NCBI GenBank assembly: GCA_951406725.2
Contig: OX597840.1
Coordinates: 2,542,001-2,606,000 of the forward strand
From: Octopus vulgaris
Taxonomy: Eukaryota
DNA: 64,000 nt
Direction of reading: 5' to 3'
The notes under the pieces were generated by a model. That model ran no database searches. It saw only the letters and a list, made by a program, of their open reading frames with translations, and was not told the origin of the DNA. A program made the position numbers and the translations under genes. The number at the start of each line of letters is the position of its first letter. Within the stretch, counting starts at the first letter, position 1. Positions 61,367 through 64,000 of the stretch are shown here, piece by piece.

Positions 61367-62568
61367 TAGCAGTATTTCAAAAGTCTTTTTTTTTTTGTTA
61401 AATAGAAGTGTTGCAATCTGGTTGGTTTGACATATCTCTGAGCAGACAACTTTTGTCAACATGATTTTAACCACAATATCTCCGCTATTTGCCTGTATAG
61501 CTTTATCAGTTTGGATATTAAAATTCTAAAGAATTCTGATATCTTTACACTAAATTTCTAGTACTTTGGCATGCGGACGTTTCCACCAGTTCTTATCATG
61601 CGAAGAGAAACTTACAGCATGCGATCCAGTGTAAATGCTGACCAAATTTATGAATGGTGATTAATTTGTGCATTTGAGATTAACAGATTATCCGGACATC
61701 AGGTGCTTAATTGTTTCTCCGATTGTACCACAAGTTAGGATCAGTACCATTGACTTGGTAGGTTCTGGGATGTAGACACAGCTTTTGAGCTTCTTCTTCT
61801 TCTTCTTCTACTACTACTACTACTACTACTACTAATACTACTACTAATACTACTACTACTACTATTTCTTCTTCTTCTTCTTTTTCTTCTTCCACTTCTT
61901 TTTCTTCTTGCTTTGTACCTCTTACTCTTGTTTTATTATAATTATTATTATAATTTGTAGTAGTAGTAGTAGTAGCAGCAGCAAAAAACAGCACCACCAC
62001 CATCACCTCCTCCACCAGTAGTAGTAGCAGTAGTAGTAGTAGTTGTTGTAGTAGTAGTAGTAGTAGTAGTAGTAGCAGCAGCAGCAGCAAATTCAGCTTT
62101 CTCTTGCATTAAAATTACCACTTCTAATGGTATGCATTGTCAACCGCTCAGACCGAATATTGTAAGACATACGATCCGCCATTCATTCAATTGTGTTTGT
62201 CCAAACAGAACTGAATTGATATTTTCATATTGACCCCTATAAGACGAAAGGCAAATATCGAGCTAGATAAGATTTGAACCCAGATCGCAGCGGACAGGAA
62301 TAAATAAACATTGCATAGCATCCTACCCATCACTCTAACAATTCTGCCAAAGTTAGTCGATTTTTTCCTTGAGTTCCCAGAGGTAACGTAAGAGAAAATA
62401 TGTTTTGTTTCTTCCCGTTCCAATTATTCTGCAGAATTTATTCGATTTATTCATTGAATAAACAGACGAATCGTATTACGGAATAAGCTTTGTCTTTTAC
62501 TTTTGGTCAACATTAATTTCCCCAAGTGGAAAACTAGGAGAAAAAAGCCATTATAATAAAACAAAAAA

Positions 62569-62735
62569 TAGGCGTAGGAGTGGCTGAGTGGTAAGTAGCT
62601 TGCTTACCAACCACATGGCTCCGGGTTCAATCCCACTGCGTGGCACCTTGGGCAAGTGTCTTCTACTATAGCCTCGGGTCGACCAAAGCCTTGCGAGTGG
62701 ATTTGGTAGACGGAAGGTGAAAGAAGCCCGTTGTG

Positions 62736-62808
<73 letters not shown>

Positions 62809-62811
62809 ATA

Positions 62812-62874
<63 letters not shown>

Positions 62875-63112
62875 GTATGTATATGTATATGTTTGTGTGT
62901 CTGTGTTTGTCCCCCCTAGCATTGCTTGACAACCGATGCTGGTGTGTTTACGTCCCCATAACCTAGCAGTTCGGCAAAAGAGACTGACAGAATAAGTACT
63001 AGGCTTACAAAGAATAAGTCCTGGGGTTCATCTGCTCGACTAAAGGCGGTGCTCCAGCATGGCCACAGTGAAATGACTGAAACAAATAAAAGAGTATAGC
63101 GTAAAAGAGTAA
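62569..63112 (+). mobile_element. SINE family 1, full length, large internal microsatellite
   Basis: Head at 62569; ~170 bp TA/TG tract; tail present. Confidence 0.9.
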
Positions 63113-63443
63113 CAGGTTTACATAAAGCCTTCAGTCATTAGAATTATTTCTCCTGTCAACGTATTTCCATTTATTTAATGTAGTTCCTTCTAAAACTTGA
63201 AATCACTTACTTTTGAAGTGGATGATCTCTTTTGCAAAACAATTCAAATACTAAAGCAGTCCGATTTGCAGTTTGTAACATGTGAACATATTTTCCATTT
63301 AAAGAAGTAATACGATATGATATAAGGATTTAGAAATCATGCAGCTATCACAGAAAGATCCTTATTTGGAATTGGTTACCAGTCTACGCAGTACCGAAAT
63401 GCAACCTGAAAATTCAAACGGTAATATAAGACTTCTCTATTAT

Positions 63444-63745
63444 GTGGAGGCACATGGCCTAGTGGTTAGAGCAGCCGAATCGCGTTCGAGGGATCGCGGG
63501 TTCGAATCTAAGACCGGGCGATGTGTGTGTTTATGAGCGAAACACCTAAGCTCCACGCGGCTCCGGCAGAAGGTAATGGCGGACTTCTGCTGACTCTTTC
63601 GCCACAATTTTCTCTCACTCTTTCCTCCTGCATCTTGCAGCTCACCTGCGACAGACCAGCATCCAGTCCAGGTGGGGAACCTATACAGCAAGGAAACCGG
63701 GAAACCGGCCGTTATGAGCCAGGCATGGCTCGTGAAGGAAACTTC
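63444..63745 (+). mobile_element. tRNA-derived SINE, body Y + tail P
   Basis: A box tggcctagtgg and B box ggttcgaatc. Body shared with 5845; tail (gcga..ccag.tggggaac..gaaaccgggaaaccgg) shared with 39548. Confidence 0.85.
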
Positions 63746-64000
63746 TCTATTATTACAGACGTTTTGTGACGTTCTTCGTGTAGTAATAATTACAATATGA
63801 AAAATTATAGGCTTATGTTTTAATCAATTATTATTCTCATCATAATACAATACAACTGAATATTCACAAATGGCTGTAAATAAAGAATATCACCAGAATA
63901 TCCTGGCAATATCTACTCTTCAATTTCATGCTTTATTTTCCACTTAAATGTATGTTGAGATGCAACAACTATGAAACAAAAAAAAATACGGAATCATTCT

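Overview
This is an AT-rich, repeat-saturated animal genomic window with no recognisable host protein-coding gene, rRNA, tRNA gene or CRISPR array. The SINE/LINE and microsatellite repertoire suggests an octopod cephalopod, which is an inference. Almost all ORFs in the supplied track are microsatellite artefacts. The real content is: tRNA-derived SINEs (several modular families), mariner-derived non-autonomous elements, decayed LINE pieces (R4/Dong-like, CR1, RTE, Tx1-like) and Penelope-like element (PLE) relics (RT and GIY-YIG fragments). The main signal is a dense population of short non-coding elements inserted in (TA)n tracts. These have a recurring 'inverted arm + one-sided tail' architecture and carry minimal hammerhead ribozymes (HHR), both canonical and core variants (U3-A8, U4C, A6U), sometimes on both strands. 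One of them is a near-perfect tandem array of a ~557-bp HHR-containing unit (retrozyme-like, predicted circRNA source). A circularly permuted GAAA-(24-26 nt)-YYGANGA motif also recurs in five TA-inserted repeats. Coordinates were read by eye and boundaries of decayed elements are approximate.
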